This document shows positions 27,956 through 36,034 of a stretch of DNA of 64,000 bases, piece after piece (the first letter of the stretch is position 1; each line of letters opens with the position of its first letter). The position numbers and the translations under genes were made by a program. This DNA is from an uncultured Pseudomonadota bacterium. GTDB lineage: Bacteria > Pseudomonadota > Alphaproteobacteria > Rs-D84. The notes beneath the pieces were generated by a model. It had not been told where the DNA came from and made no database searches. It worked only from the letters and a program-made list of their open reading frames with translations. The stretch lies in the NCBI GenBank assembly GCA_949290785.1, contig CASETE010000011.1, forward strand, positions 5,893 to 69,892, read 5' to 3'.

Positions 27956-29955
27956 TTTATTTCCCAAATACTGCCTATTTTTGCATCACTATCCAGTTCT
28001 ATTATTTCATCTGCGTTATTGCCCTGTCCCAGTTCTGCGGCACTGCACATCATACCGAAAGACTCAGTTCCTGCAATTGTGCGCTGGGATATAGGCTTTT
28101 TCATTGTCGGCAGCACGCAACCAACAGGTGCCAATATGCCAATTAACCCAACACGAACATTTGGCGCGCCACATACAATTTGTAAATTATGATTTGTACC
28201 GTCATCAACTGTTAAAAGATGCAAGTCATCACGTGATGGATGATTTTTTACTTCGATTATTTTAGCAACAACAGGTTTAACATTGTTGTCTTCTTTTTTA
28301 GCATATTTTTCAGTCAACTCTGCAACGCGCGCATCATCAATTCTGGAAAATAAGTTTTCTGGAACTGTGAAAGCTTCGCCATTTTGAATTCTGCGTTCAA
28401 ATTCTTTTGGCCAAGACAGGTCGTGCGTGTTGTTAAATACACGCTGTATTTTTTCTGCAGCATCTGGAATAAACGGTGCGGAAACGCGCGCATACAAGTC
28501 TATCAGTTGAAAGCATTCGTTTAGTACTGCACCCGCTTGCCCGGCGTTTCCATTTTTCACAAGCGCCCACGGTTCTTTAACAGTCATATATTCGTTACCA
28601 ATTGCATACAACGAACGCAACGCAACAACAGCCACACGGAATTCGCATGCGTCCAGCGCAGCAGTAAGTTCTGCAATTTTTTCGTTTACTTGCGCAGTTA
28701 AAGAAGCATCTAATTCGCCTGCATTTGGAACGGTTAGTCCAAAATTTTTATCAGTCAGTTTGCAAACGCGCGAAACAAAGTTACCCAACATACCGTTTAG
28801 GTCTTTATTGACGATGTCCGCAAAGCGCGCAAAAGTAAAGTCTGTATCGTCTGTTTCTGGTGCGGATGCAATCAGCGCATAACGCCAAGCGTCAGCAGGT
28901 GCAATGCTGACTGCTTCGTCCAAGAACACACCGCGCTTTTCAGATTTAGAAAACTTACCGCCTTCAAAATTCAGGAAGTTCATCGCTTTTAACTGGTCAA
29001 CAGTTTTCCAGTTGTCGTTCATCGCCAGTTGCTGTTCAGGGAATAAAACCGCATGGAACTTAACATTATCCTTGCCCATAAATTGTGCATAATGACAATC
29101 AGGATTTTTCCACCATGTTTCCCAGTCTTTATTTGCAGCCTGCGATATAGAAACATAACCCCAAGGTGCATCAAACCAAACATAGAAAACTTTATTTTCG
29201 TACCCTTCTTTATTTACAGGAATACCCCATGACAAATCACGTGTAATAGAATAGTCCAACAGACCGATTTTCTGCCAACCGTATGCGATACTTTTTGCAG
29301 TTTTTGACCAACCACTTGAATGAGTAGTCAACCAATCGTCCCAAAGCTTTTGCGCCTTTGATGCTAAAAAGAACAGATTTTTTGTTGGGCGTAGTTCAAT
29401 ATTACTGCTGCCAGATATTGTGCTGCGTGGGTTTAAAAGTTCTGTTGCTTCATATGTCGCACTGCACTTATCACATTGGTCGCCACGTGCCTTATCATAA
29501 CCGCACTTTGGGCAGGTTCCAACTAACTGACGGTCTGCCAAGAACATGTTATCATCAACAGAGAAAGGTTGCAGTGTTTCACGTTCTTCAATCAATCCCA
29601 GCTCATCAAGACGAGAAAATAAATCTTGGACTAATTTTTCCTGCAATTCTGTATGTGTACGTCCATAAATATCAAAAGATAAGTTAAAATTACGAACCGC
29701 ACGTAAATGTTTTTCGTAATATTTATTAGAATAATCAAAAGGCGACATATTTTCTTTCATAGCACCGACAACAACAGGTGTACCATGTTCGTCTGCCCCG
29801 CAAACATATAATACATCACGTCCGCATGCGCGACAAAAGCGGGCATATATATCCGAAGGCAACCAGCACCCGATAAGGTGCCCCAAGTGCAATTCGCCAT
29901 TAACATATGGCAATGCAGAAGTAATAAGATATTTTTGTTTATTGTCAGTTGTCAT
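27952..29955 (-). CDS. metG: Methionine--tRNA ligase with C-terminal EMAP/Trbp111-like tRNA-binding domain
   Basis: PYVNGELHLGHL (HIGH) and KFSKS (KMSKS) motifs; Zn knuckle CPKCG..CDKC. Start at MTTDNKQ (29955); the ORF-track TTG extension would run through the terminator hairpin. Confidence 0.9.
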   Translation of the reverse strand: MTTDNKQKYLITSALPYVNGELHLGHLIGCWLPSDIYARFCRACGRDVLYVCGADEHGTPVVVGAMKENMSPFDYSNKYYEKHLRAVRNFNLSFDIYGRTHTELQEKLVQDLFSRLDELGLIEERETLQPFSVDDNMFLADRQLVGTCPKCGYDKARGDQCDKCSATYEATELLNPRSTISGSSNIELRPTKNLFFLASKAQKLWDDWLTTHSSGWSKTAKSIAYGWQKIGLLDYSITRDLSWGIPVNKEGYENKVFYVWFDAPWGYVSISQAANKDWETWWKNPDCHYAQFMGKDNVKFHAVLFPEQQLAMNDNWKTVDQLKAMNFLNFEGGKFSKSEKRGVFLDEAVSIAPADAWRYALIASAPETDDTDFTFARFADIVNKDLNGMLGNFVSRVCKLTDKNFGLTVPNAGELDASLTAQVNEKIAELTAALDACEFRVAVVALRSLYAIGNEYMTVKEPWALVKNGNAGQAGAVLNECFQLIDLYARVSAPFIPDAAEKIQRVFNNTHDLSWPKEFERRIQNGEAFTVPENLFSRIDDARVAELTEKYAKKEDNNVKPVVAKIIEVKNHPSRDDLHLLTVDDGTNHNLQIVCGAPNVRVGLIGILAPVGCVLPTMKKPISQRTIAGTESFGMMCSAAELGQGNNADEIIELDSDAKIGSIWEIK

Positions 29956-29977
29956 ATTTACGCCTTTGTTATTTAAT

Positions 29978-30050
29978 AAAAAGGTGCCCAACGGGGCACC
30001 CAGGAATCCCGTCAGAAATTTTAGTAAGATTAATTGTACATTCGCATCAT
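29978..30050 (-). promoter_or_regulatory. Candidate metG leader-peptide attenuator: ORF MMRMYN (30030-30050) then terminator GGTGCCC-CGTT-GGGCACC + T5 (29978-30000), ~27 nt before the metG ATG. An alternative ACGGG:CCCGT pairing could act as an antiterminator
   Basis: Minus strand reads ATG ATG CGA ATG TAC AAT TAA (3 Met codons of 6), 29 nt spacer, perfect 7 bp GC hairpin, T run, metG. Lies between tRNA-Val(GAC) and metG. Confidence 0.45.
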
Positions 30051-30071
30051 TTCTTTTCTTGTTTTTTATAA

Positions 30072-30148
30072 TGGTGGGTGGTATTGGACTCGAACCAACG
30101 ACCTTTACGATGTCAACGTAACGCTCTAACCAACTGAGCTAACCACCC
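30072..30148 (-). tRNA. tRNA-Val (anticodon GAC)
   Basis: GGGTGGTTAGCTCAGTTGGTTAGAGCGTTACGTTGACATCGTAAAGGTCGTTGGTTCGAGTCCAATACCACCCACCA; perfect 7 bp acceptor stem; encoded CCA. Confidence 0.85.
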
Positions 30149-30162
30149 GATATTTTTCGGTG

Positions 30163-30237
30163 CTATGTCCAGAAAGCCAACGACCTTTACGATGTCAACG
30201 TACGCGGCTGACCAACTGAGCTAACCACCCGATAGAC
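30163..30237 (-). pseudogene. Truncated/degenerate duplicate of tRNA-Val(GAC): 5' acceptor strand, mutated D arm, anticodon arm, variable loop; no T arm or 3' acceptor
   Basis: About 52 nt nearly identical to positions 1-52 of the adjacent tRNA (..CCAACGACCTTTACGATGTCAACGTA..CCAACTGAGCTAACCACCCGA) with the D stem disrupted (CGCGGCTGACC for ACGCTCTAACC). Confidence 0.6.
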
Positions 30238-30308
30238 TTTAAACTTTCAGGATTATACCAAAGAAAAATACGATTGCAATATCAAAAAGCAGCATTTATA
30301 ATATATAC

Positions 30309-30483
30309 CGCAACAGGTGTTCTGTTGTTGGGCTTACAAACCCATTCAATCAGCGTCAGCGATGGCGAAAAATATCTCCAACTAATTGGTTGGAGTGGTC
30401 TGAATATATTGAATAAGACCGCAATTTCTGATTGAATTGTTTGTAAACTCCAACCACCTGAATTTTCCGGTGGTTTTTTGTTT
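30309..30483 (+). ncRNA. Structured sRNA, copy 1 (~175 nt), with own promoter TTGCAA-17-TATAAT (30274-30302) and terminator AACCACC-N10-GGTGGTT-T6
   Basis: Predicted helices: CAACAG/CUGUUG 5' hairpin; long-range UUACAAAC/GUUUGUAA; AUUCAAUCAG/CUGAUUGAAU; CUCCAAC-UAAUU-GGUUGGAG hairpin; GGUCU-(GAAUAUAUUGAAUAA)-AGACC hairpin; terminator. Confidence 0.5.
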
Positions 30484-30552
30484 AACGCAAGGGAGTAAAA
30501 AGCGCCAGAAAAAATAATTTGATATGTGATTTATGGGTGGTTATAATACATA

Positions 30553-30722
30553 CCGCAACAGGTGTTCTGTTGTTGGGCTTACAAACCTAGTGAACGCGCT
30601 TGGTTATCAGGCGAAAATCCAACCAATTGGTTGGAGTGTGCCGAATATATTGAATAAGGCACGCAATTCGTTCAATTGTTTGTAAACTCCAACCACCTGA
30701 ATTTTCCGGTGGTTTTTTGTTT
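30553..30722 (+). ncRNA. Structured sRNA, copy 2, promoter TTGATA-17-TATAAT (30519-30547), same terminator
   Basis: Same architecture as copy 1. The loop-closing stem changes GGUCU/AGACC to GUGCC/GGCAC (compensatory) with the identical loop GAAUAUAUUGAAUAA. Confidence 0.5.
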
Positions 30723-30791
30723 AACGTAAAGGAGTAAAAAGCACCAGAAAAAATAATTTGATATATGGTTTATGGGTGGATATAATATGTA

Positions 30792-30966
30792 CTGCAACAG
30801 GTGTTCTGTTGCTGGGATTCACAACCTATTGTCAAGCGTCCGCAGGGACGAAAAAAACTCCAACCCCTGGTTGGAGGGACTTTAAATATATTGAATAAAA
30901 GTCGCAATTCTTGACAATTGTTGTGAACCTCCAACCACCTGAAATTTCTGGTGGTTTTATTTTTGA
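30792..30966 (+). ncRNA. Structured sRNA, copy 3, promoter TTGATA-17-TATAAT (30758-30786), terminator CCACC-UGAAAUUUC-UGGUGG-U4AU5
   Basis: Long-range helix changes UUACAAAC/GUUUGUAA to UUCACAAC/GUUGUGAA (three compensatory pairs). Inner helix changes to UAUUGUCAAG/CUUGACAAU. Loop stem becomes GACUU/AAGUC. Confidence 0.5.
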
Positions 30967-30980
30967 ATATCGGGGGTAAA

Positions 30981-31169
30981 ATGACACTGGGTAATGAAAT
31001 AGAACAAATCCGACAAAAATGTAATATGCCGTTATTTATTGCATATTCTATATTTGATACCGATGAAAAAGGTTATCATCAAATTGTGATTGGTCGACAA
31101 AAACCCACAGTTTTTCAATTAATAATGTTTATTGATTCCACCCACCACCCAATGAAGTGTATAGAATAA
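30981..31169 (+). CDS. Small XRE/Cro-like helix-turn-helix protein (62 aa), tentative
   Basis: ATG 9 nt after RBS GGGGGTAAA, directly after the copy-3 terminator. LGNEIEQIRQKCNM...YHQIVIGRQKPTVFQLIMFIDS loosely fits the HTH_3 pattern (LG.rIr.lR...G...IS.IE.G.r.P....L.kIa.aL). Confidence 0.35.
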   Translation: MTLGNEIEQIRQKCNMPLFIAYSIFDTDEKGYHQIVIGRQKPTVFQLIMFIDSTHHPMKCIE

Positions 31170-31212
31170 AAACAGTTGTTATACACATACTATATTTTAT
31201 AATATTTAATAC

Positions 31213-31533
31213 ATGAAAGAATACAACTTTTGGGTATATATATTATTTAATGATCGTGCCAAGGCAACATATATCGGGGTTACAAATAATTTAGAACGCA
31301 GAATAATTGAACATAAAATGGGACTGGTACCTGGGTACACCAAACAGCACAATATTGACAAACTGGCTTACTTTGAACATTATCAATATATACACGATGC
31401 AATTGCACGCGAAAAGGCATTAAAAAAATGGAATCGTGCGTGGAAGTATAGATTAATAGAAACAATGAATCCTGAATGGAATGATTTGGCTGTTGGTTTG
31501 ACAGAATATATAAAAAATATGGTAAAAATTTAA
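31213..31533 (+). CDS. GIY-YIG nuclease superfamily protein (YhbQ/UPF0213-like stand-alone domain)
   Basis: YNFWVYILFNDRAKATYIGVTNNLERRIIEHK ... REKALKKWNRAWKYRLIETMNPEWNDL matches the GIY-YIG core and the C-terminal KKW.R.WK..LI...NP.W.DL signature; 106 aa. Confidence 0.7.
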   Translation: MKEYNFWVYILFNDRAKATYIGVTNNLERRIIEHKMGLVPGYTKQHNIDKLAYFEHYQYIHDAIAREKALKKWNRAWKYRLIETMNPEWNDLAVGLTEYIKNMVKI

Positions 31534-31623
31534 ACATTGTTTTTCTAATATATTATCTTATTTGTCATTCCCGCGTCCGTGGGTCAAAAAACTAATGTTT
31601 TTATTGGGTGATAATGCGTGTTT

Positions 31624-31758
31624 TGTCATTCCCGCGCAGGCGGGAATATGGTCTATTAAATTTATATCGCAGATTTCAGATTAATGAAAAAAACATAGAT
31701 ATATATAATTAATTAAATAATTATTTTAGTCCCTATTCCCGCCTGCGCGGGAATGACA
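31624..31758. mobile_element. MITE-like element, 135 bp, with perfect 24 bp terminal inverted repeats TGTCATTCCCGCGCAGGCGGGAAT (each containing ATTCCC-N8-GGGAAT) flanking an 87 bp AT-rich core; a third degenerate half-site at 31562-31586
   Basis: Left repeat 31624-31647 is the exact reverse complement of right repeat 31735-31758. GC-rich palindromic ends in an AT-rich intergenic region between the GIY-YIG gene and mreB. Confidence 0.5.
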
Positions 31759-31814
31759 GATAGAGGGGAATTTTCAAAATATAATATATCTGTTTGCGGT
31801 AATAACAAATAATA

Positions 31815-31843
31815 CAAAAAAACACCGGCATTTGCCGGCATTT
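31815..31843. terminator. Intrinsic terminator for mreB (A7-CACCGGCA-TT-TGCCGG-CATTTTT), same family as other terminators in the window
   Basis: Hairpin plus T run in the minus orientation directly after the mreB stop. Confidence 0.5.
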
Positions 31844-32941
<1,098 letters not shown>

Positions 32942-33017
32942 TTAAAAAATCAAGACATCGTGTATTTAATTTATGTTTTTTATTTGATTATCTTTATATT
33001 TTGTTATTATAAGCAGA

Positions 33018-33368
33018 ATGAGAAACACTATAAAAAGACATGACGATTTTTTAATGACGGACCAAGACCTGAATGCGCGGTGCGTTTGGTTTTATGTTCG
33101 CGCTAAACCTGTGAAAATATCCGGTGACCCCAGATTTGGCTTGACTGTGACTAAAAAGACGTTCAAGCATGCTGTTGACCGCAATCGGGCAAAGCGTTTA
33201 TTACGTGACTGGTTGCGCTTTAATGAAAAATACTTATGCGACGATTTTGATTATATTTTTACCGCGCGCAAGCCTATATTAGATGCTACGCGCGACGAAG
33301 GGCGCGACGCCATGCGCAAGGCCTTACATTATATAAAAAAGTTACGTAATGAAAAATCAGCAGAATAA
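33018..33368 (+). CDS. rnpA: Ribonuclease P protein component
   Basis: Basic 116 aa protein with RNR-like KRLLRDWLR motif; overlaps yidD as in the canonical rnpA-yidD arrangement (no rpmH upstream here). Confidence 0.8.
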   Translation: MRNTIKRHDDFLMTDQDLNARCVWFYVRAKPVKISGDPRFGLTVTKKTFKHAVDRNRAKRLLRDWLRFNEKYLCDDFDYIFTARKPILDATRDEGRDAMRKALHYIKKLRNEKSAE

Positions 33369-33600
33369 TTTTTTGGTTAGATGGGCGCGTAAATGTGCAA
33401 ATATGCTTATACGGGGGTATCAGGTTTGTATATCGCCGTTTATCGGCGGGCGCGCAGCGTGCAGGTTTACCCCGTCTTGCAGCGAATATACCAGACTGGC
33501 AATTGAAAAGTACGGCGTGCGGCGCGGGGTCTGGTTGGGAATAAAAAGAATATGCAGGTGCAGGCCTGGTGGGGGCTATGGTTACGACCCTGTCCCTTGA
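33349..33600 (+). CDS. yidD: Membrane protein insertion efficiency factor YidD
   Basis: [22 protein letters not shown] signature; 83 aa. Confidence 0.8.
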   Translation: MKNQQNNFLVRWARKCANMLIRGYQVCISPFIGGRAACRFTPSCSEYTRLAIEKYGVRRGVWLGIKRICRCRPGGGYGYDPVP

Positions 33601-33662
33601 CAAGTAACTTGATTGTGGTAAAATCTCACTTACTGATATAAAAAATATAAAAAGGATGTAAA

Positions 33663-34109
33663 ATGTCTTTTCGTGCAACCGTTGAATCCATGTCTAAAAT
33701 AATGGATGAAATGGGCATTACAGAACTGGAACTGGAACGTCAATTTTTATTCGGCGTTTATCGCAAACATATTCATTTATCAAAGCAACAGGCGACCGCG
33801 GTGGCAATGCCTAACTTCCCAGTTGCAACAGAATCAAAAAATACAAACAGCGAACCTTCTGAAAAGGTATTAAATGGTTACGCATTGAAATCGCCGATGG
33901 TGGGCGTTGCATATTTGGCGCCGGAACCCGGGGCAAAGCCGTTCACAACAGTCGGCGCGCAAATCAAGGCTGGTGATACCGTTGCGTTGATTGAAGCGAT
34001 GAAAACATTTAACCCAATAAAGTCTGACAAAGACGGCGTTGTAAAAGAAATATTGGTTTCCGATGGTCAGGCCGTTGAATTTGACCAACCAATCATAGTA
34101 ATTGAATAA
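33663..34109 (+). CDS. accB: Acetyl-CoA carboxylase biotin carboxyl carrier protein
   Basis: Biotinyl-lysine motif IEAMKTFN in a C-terminal lipoyl-like domain. Confidence 0.85.
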   Translation: MSFRATVESMSKIMDEMGITELELERQFLFGVYRKHIHLSKQQATAVAMPNFPVATESKNTNSEPSEKVLNGYALKSPMVGVAYLAPEPGAKPFTTVGAQIKAGDTVALIEAMKTFNPIKSDKDGVVKEILVSDGQAVEFDQPIIVIE

Positions 34110-34117
34110 GTTAAAAA

Positions 34118-35545
34118 ATGTCTCAGATAAAAAAAGTTTTAATTGCAAATCGTGGTGAAATCGCACTACGCATAATTCGTGCGTGTCGTGACATGGGTAT
34201 ACGAACTGTTGCGGTATATTCTACGGTTGATAAAAATGCAATGCATGTGCAGTTGGCCGACGAATCTGTTTGTATTGGTCCTGGGCCTTCAAAGGATTCT
34301 TATCTTAACGAGTCTGCGATTTTAACGGCGGCGTTATTAACGAACGCCGACGCGATTCACCCTGGGTATGGGTTCTTGTCTGAACGTGCGGATTTTGCCC
34401 AAAAGGTTGAGCAACACGGTTTAATATGGATTGGGCCGTCTGCTGCGATGATTGAAAAAATGGGCGACAAGGTTAACGCAAAAAAGACTGCTATTGAATG
34501 TGGTCTACCTGTTGTACCGGGGTCTGACGGTGCGGTAACGTCTTTGGAAGACGCATTATCGTGGGCAGAAAAAATCGGATATCCGGTTATGTTAAAGGCG
34601 TCTGCCGGCGGTGGCGGCCGCGGTATAAGGCCTGTTATGTCTGCCGAAGAAATGCCGGCTGCGTATCAAATTACAAAGCAGGAAGCAAAATCCGGCTTTG
34701 GTGACGACACGTTATATATGGAAAAGTTACTGTTACATCCAAGACATATTGAATTTCAGGTCTTGGGCGATAAGCATGGCAACGTTGTTATATTTGGGGA
34801 ACGCGATTGTTCCTTGCAGCGTAAGAATCAAAAGGTTATGGAAGAATGCCCTGCGGCAATTCTGACTCAGAAGCAACGCGACGATATGATAAAGATATGT
34901 AAAGAAGCCGCGAAAAAAATGGGCTATACAAACGCCGGTACTTTTGAGTTTATGTTTGAGGGCGGTAAGTTTTATTTCTTGGAAATGAACACGCGCCTGC
35001 AGGTAGAACATCCAGTGACGGAAATGGTGTATGGTGTTGACCTTGTACGTGAACAGATAAGGGTTGCGGCTGGCGAAAAGTTGGGTTATACACAGTCTAA
35101 CGTTGTACCGCATGGTCATGCGATTGAATTTCGTATAAATGCCGAAGACCCAGAAAACTTTGTTCCAAATCCGGGAAAAATTGCTTTATATGCGCCGTCT
35201 GGTGGCATGGGCGTTCGTGTGGATAGCGCGGTTTATACTGGATATACGATACCGCCGACTTATGATTCAATGATTGCAAAGTTAATAGTTCATGCGCCGA
35301 ACAGGCCAGCGTGCATAATGCGTGCGACGCGTGCGCTGGATGAATTTGTAATTGAAGGCGTAAAGACGACGATACCTTTGCAACAGAGGTTATTAAAGAA
35401 CAAAGATGTAAAAACTTTAAATTTTGATAACCATTGGCTGGAAAGTTTTTTACAGGGTGAAAAAGCGCAATCTGCTTCAAAGGAAGATGAAGATGCGACG
35501 ACGGACGAAACTGTAAAAAATAAAACAGTTAAAAAGAAGAAATAA
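34118..35545 (+). CDS. accC: Acetyl-CoA carboxylase biotin carboxylase
   Basis: ATP-grasp fold, KVLIANRGEIALRIIRAC N-terminus, 475 aa; followed by terminator A6-GCCGGCAAACGCCGG-T7 at ~35547-35575. Confidence 0.9.
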   Translation: MSQIKKVLIANRGEIALRIIRACRDMGIRTVAVYSTVDKNAMHVQLADESVCIGPGPSKDSYLNESAILTAALLTNADAIHPGYGFLSERADFAQKVEQHGLIWIGPSAAMIEKMGDKVNAKKTAIECGLPVVPGSDGAVTSLEDALSWAEKIGYPVMLKASAGGGGRGIRPVMSAEEMPAAYQITKQEAKSGFGDDTLYMEKLLLHPRHIEFQVLGDKHGNVVIFGERDCSLQRKNQKVMEECPAAILTQKQRDDMIKICKEAAKKMGYTNAGTFEFMFEGGKFYFLEMNTRLQVEHPVTEMVYGVDLVREQIRVAAGEKLGYTQSNVVPHGHAIEFRINAEDPENFVPNPGKIALYAPSGGMGVRVDSAVYTGYTIPPTYDSMIAKLIVHAPNRPACIMRATRALDEFVIEGVKTTIPLQQRLLKNKDVKTLNFDNHWLESFLQGEKAQSASKEDEDATTDETVKNKTVKKKK

Positions 35546-35569
35546 AAAAGCCGGCAAACGCCGGTTTTT

Positions 35570-36034
35570 TTATTTGTTTCTATTTTTCCTAAATTCGTCC
35601 AAGGATACGACGCGGCCTGTATCTGGAACAGAACCCGGTTTTTCTTCCAACGGTAATTCCATGTCGTTATCTGCCGCCACGTTGCCTTTTGGATGAAAGG
35701 ATAATATAAAGTCAACAGACGGGTCTTTAAATTCCACCAGCGCAGAAAACGGTACACGAATGAAAAACGGGCGACCGTCAAACGTTAATTGAACGCCAAA
35801 CTCTTTATCTGATACATGTAAATTATTATATGAATATTGCAAAACGATTGTCATTATGTCGGGGTATCTGATGCGCAGAAAGTCAGGCAGTACAACGCCG
35901 GGCGCGCGCGTCTTGAACGTTATAAAAAAGTGAGAACCATCACCCAAGCCGTTTATTTGTGCATGAATTAATGCCTCTTTAACAACGGATTTCAGGGCGA
36001 TGTCTAGTAAATTTTGATAATCAATTTTGCTCAT
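35570..36034 (-). CDS. ClpXP adaptor SspB-like protein (alphaproteobacterial type)
   Basis: ..HFFITFKTRAPGVVLPDFLRIRYPDIMTIVLQYSYNNL.. resembles the alpha-type SspB core; acidic/basic C-terminal tail; 154 aa. Confidence 0.45.
   Translation of the reverse strand: MSKIDYQNLLDIALKSVVKEALIHAQINGLGDGSHFFITFKTRAPGVVLPDFLRIRYPDIMTIVLQYSYNNLHVSDKEFGVQLTFDGRPFFIRVPFSALVEFKDPSVDFILSFHPKGNVAADNDMELPLEEKPGSVPDTGRVVSLDEFRKNRNK

Larger units (their letters stand above)
30270..30966 (+). repeat. Three tandem ~240 bp paralogous units, each promoter + structured RNA + intrinsic terminator
   Basis: Units start at ~30274, ~30519 and ~30758 (periods 245 and 239 bp). Sequence identity is high in the promoter, the 5' hairpin, a 14 nt loop and the terminator; the stems differ by compensatory changes. 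Confidence 0.8.

Noticed and set aside
30270-30966. Considered whether the three regularly spaced repeats are a CRISPR array or a type III toxin-antitoxin RNA repeat
   Set aside because: Units are ~240 bp (far longer than CRISPR repeat-spacer or ToxI 36 nt repeats). Each has its own sigma70 promoter and terminator, and the spacers are not unique sequences. No cas genes or ToxN-like gene are present.
30951-31169. ORF-track start at 30951 (MVLFLNIGGK...) for the small HTH-like gene
   Set aside because: That ATG lies inside the copy-3 terminator hairpin. The ATG at 30981 has a good RBS (GGGGGTAAA) and gives the HTH-like N-terminus.
31562-31758. Whether the exact dRS3-like repeat means the window is neisserial or contaminated
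   Set aside because: The surrounding genes (virB3/4, QueH, alpha-type SspB, split MacB, compact LptD, ~35% GC, lack of SD sequences) are not neisserial. Only the 20 bp palindrome matches, so I treat it as a resemblance, not homology.
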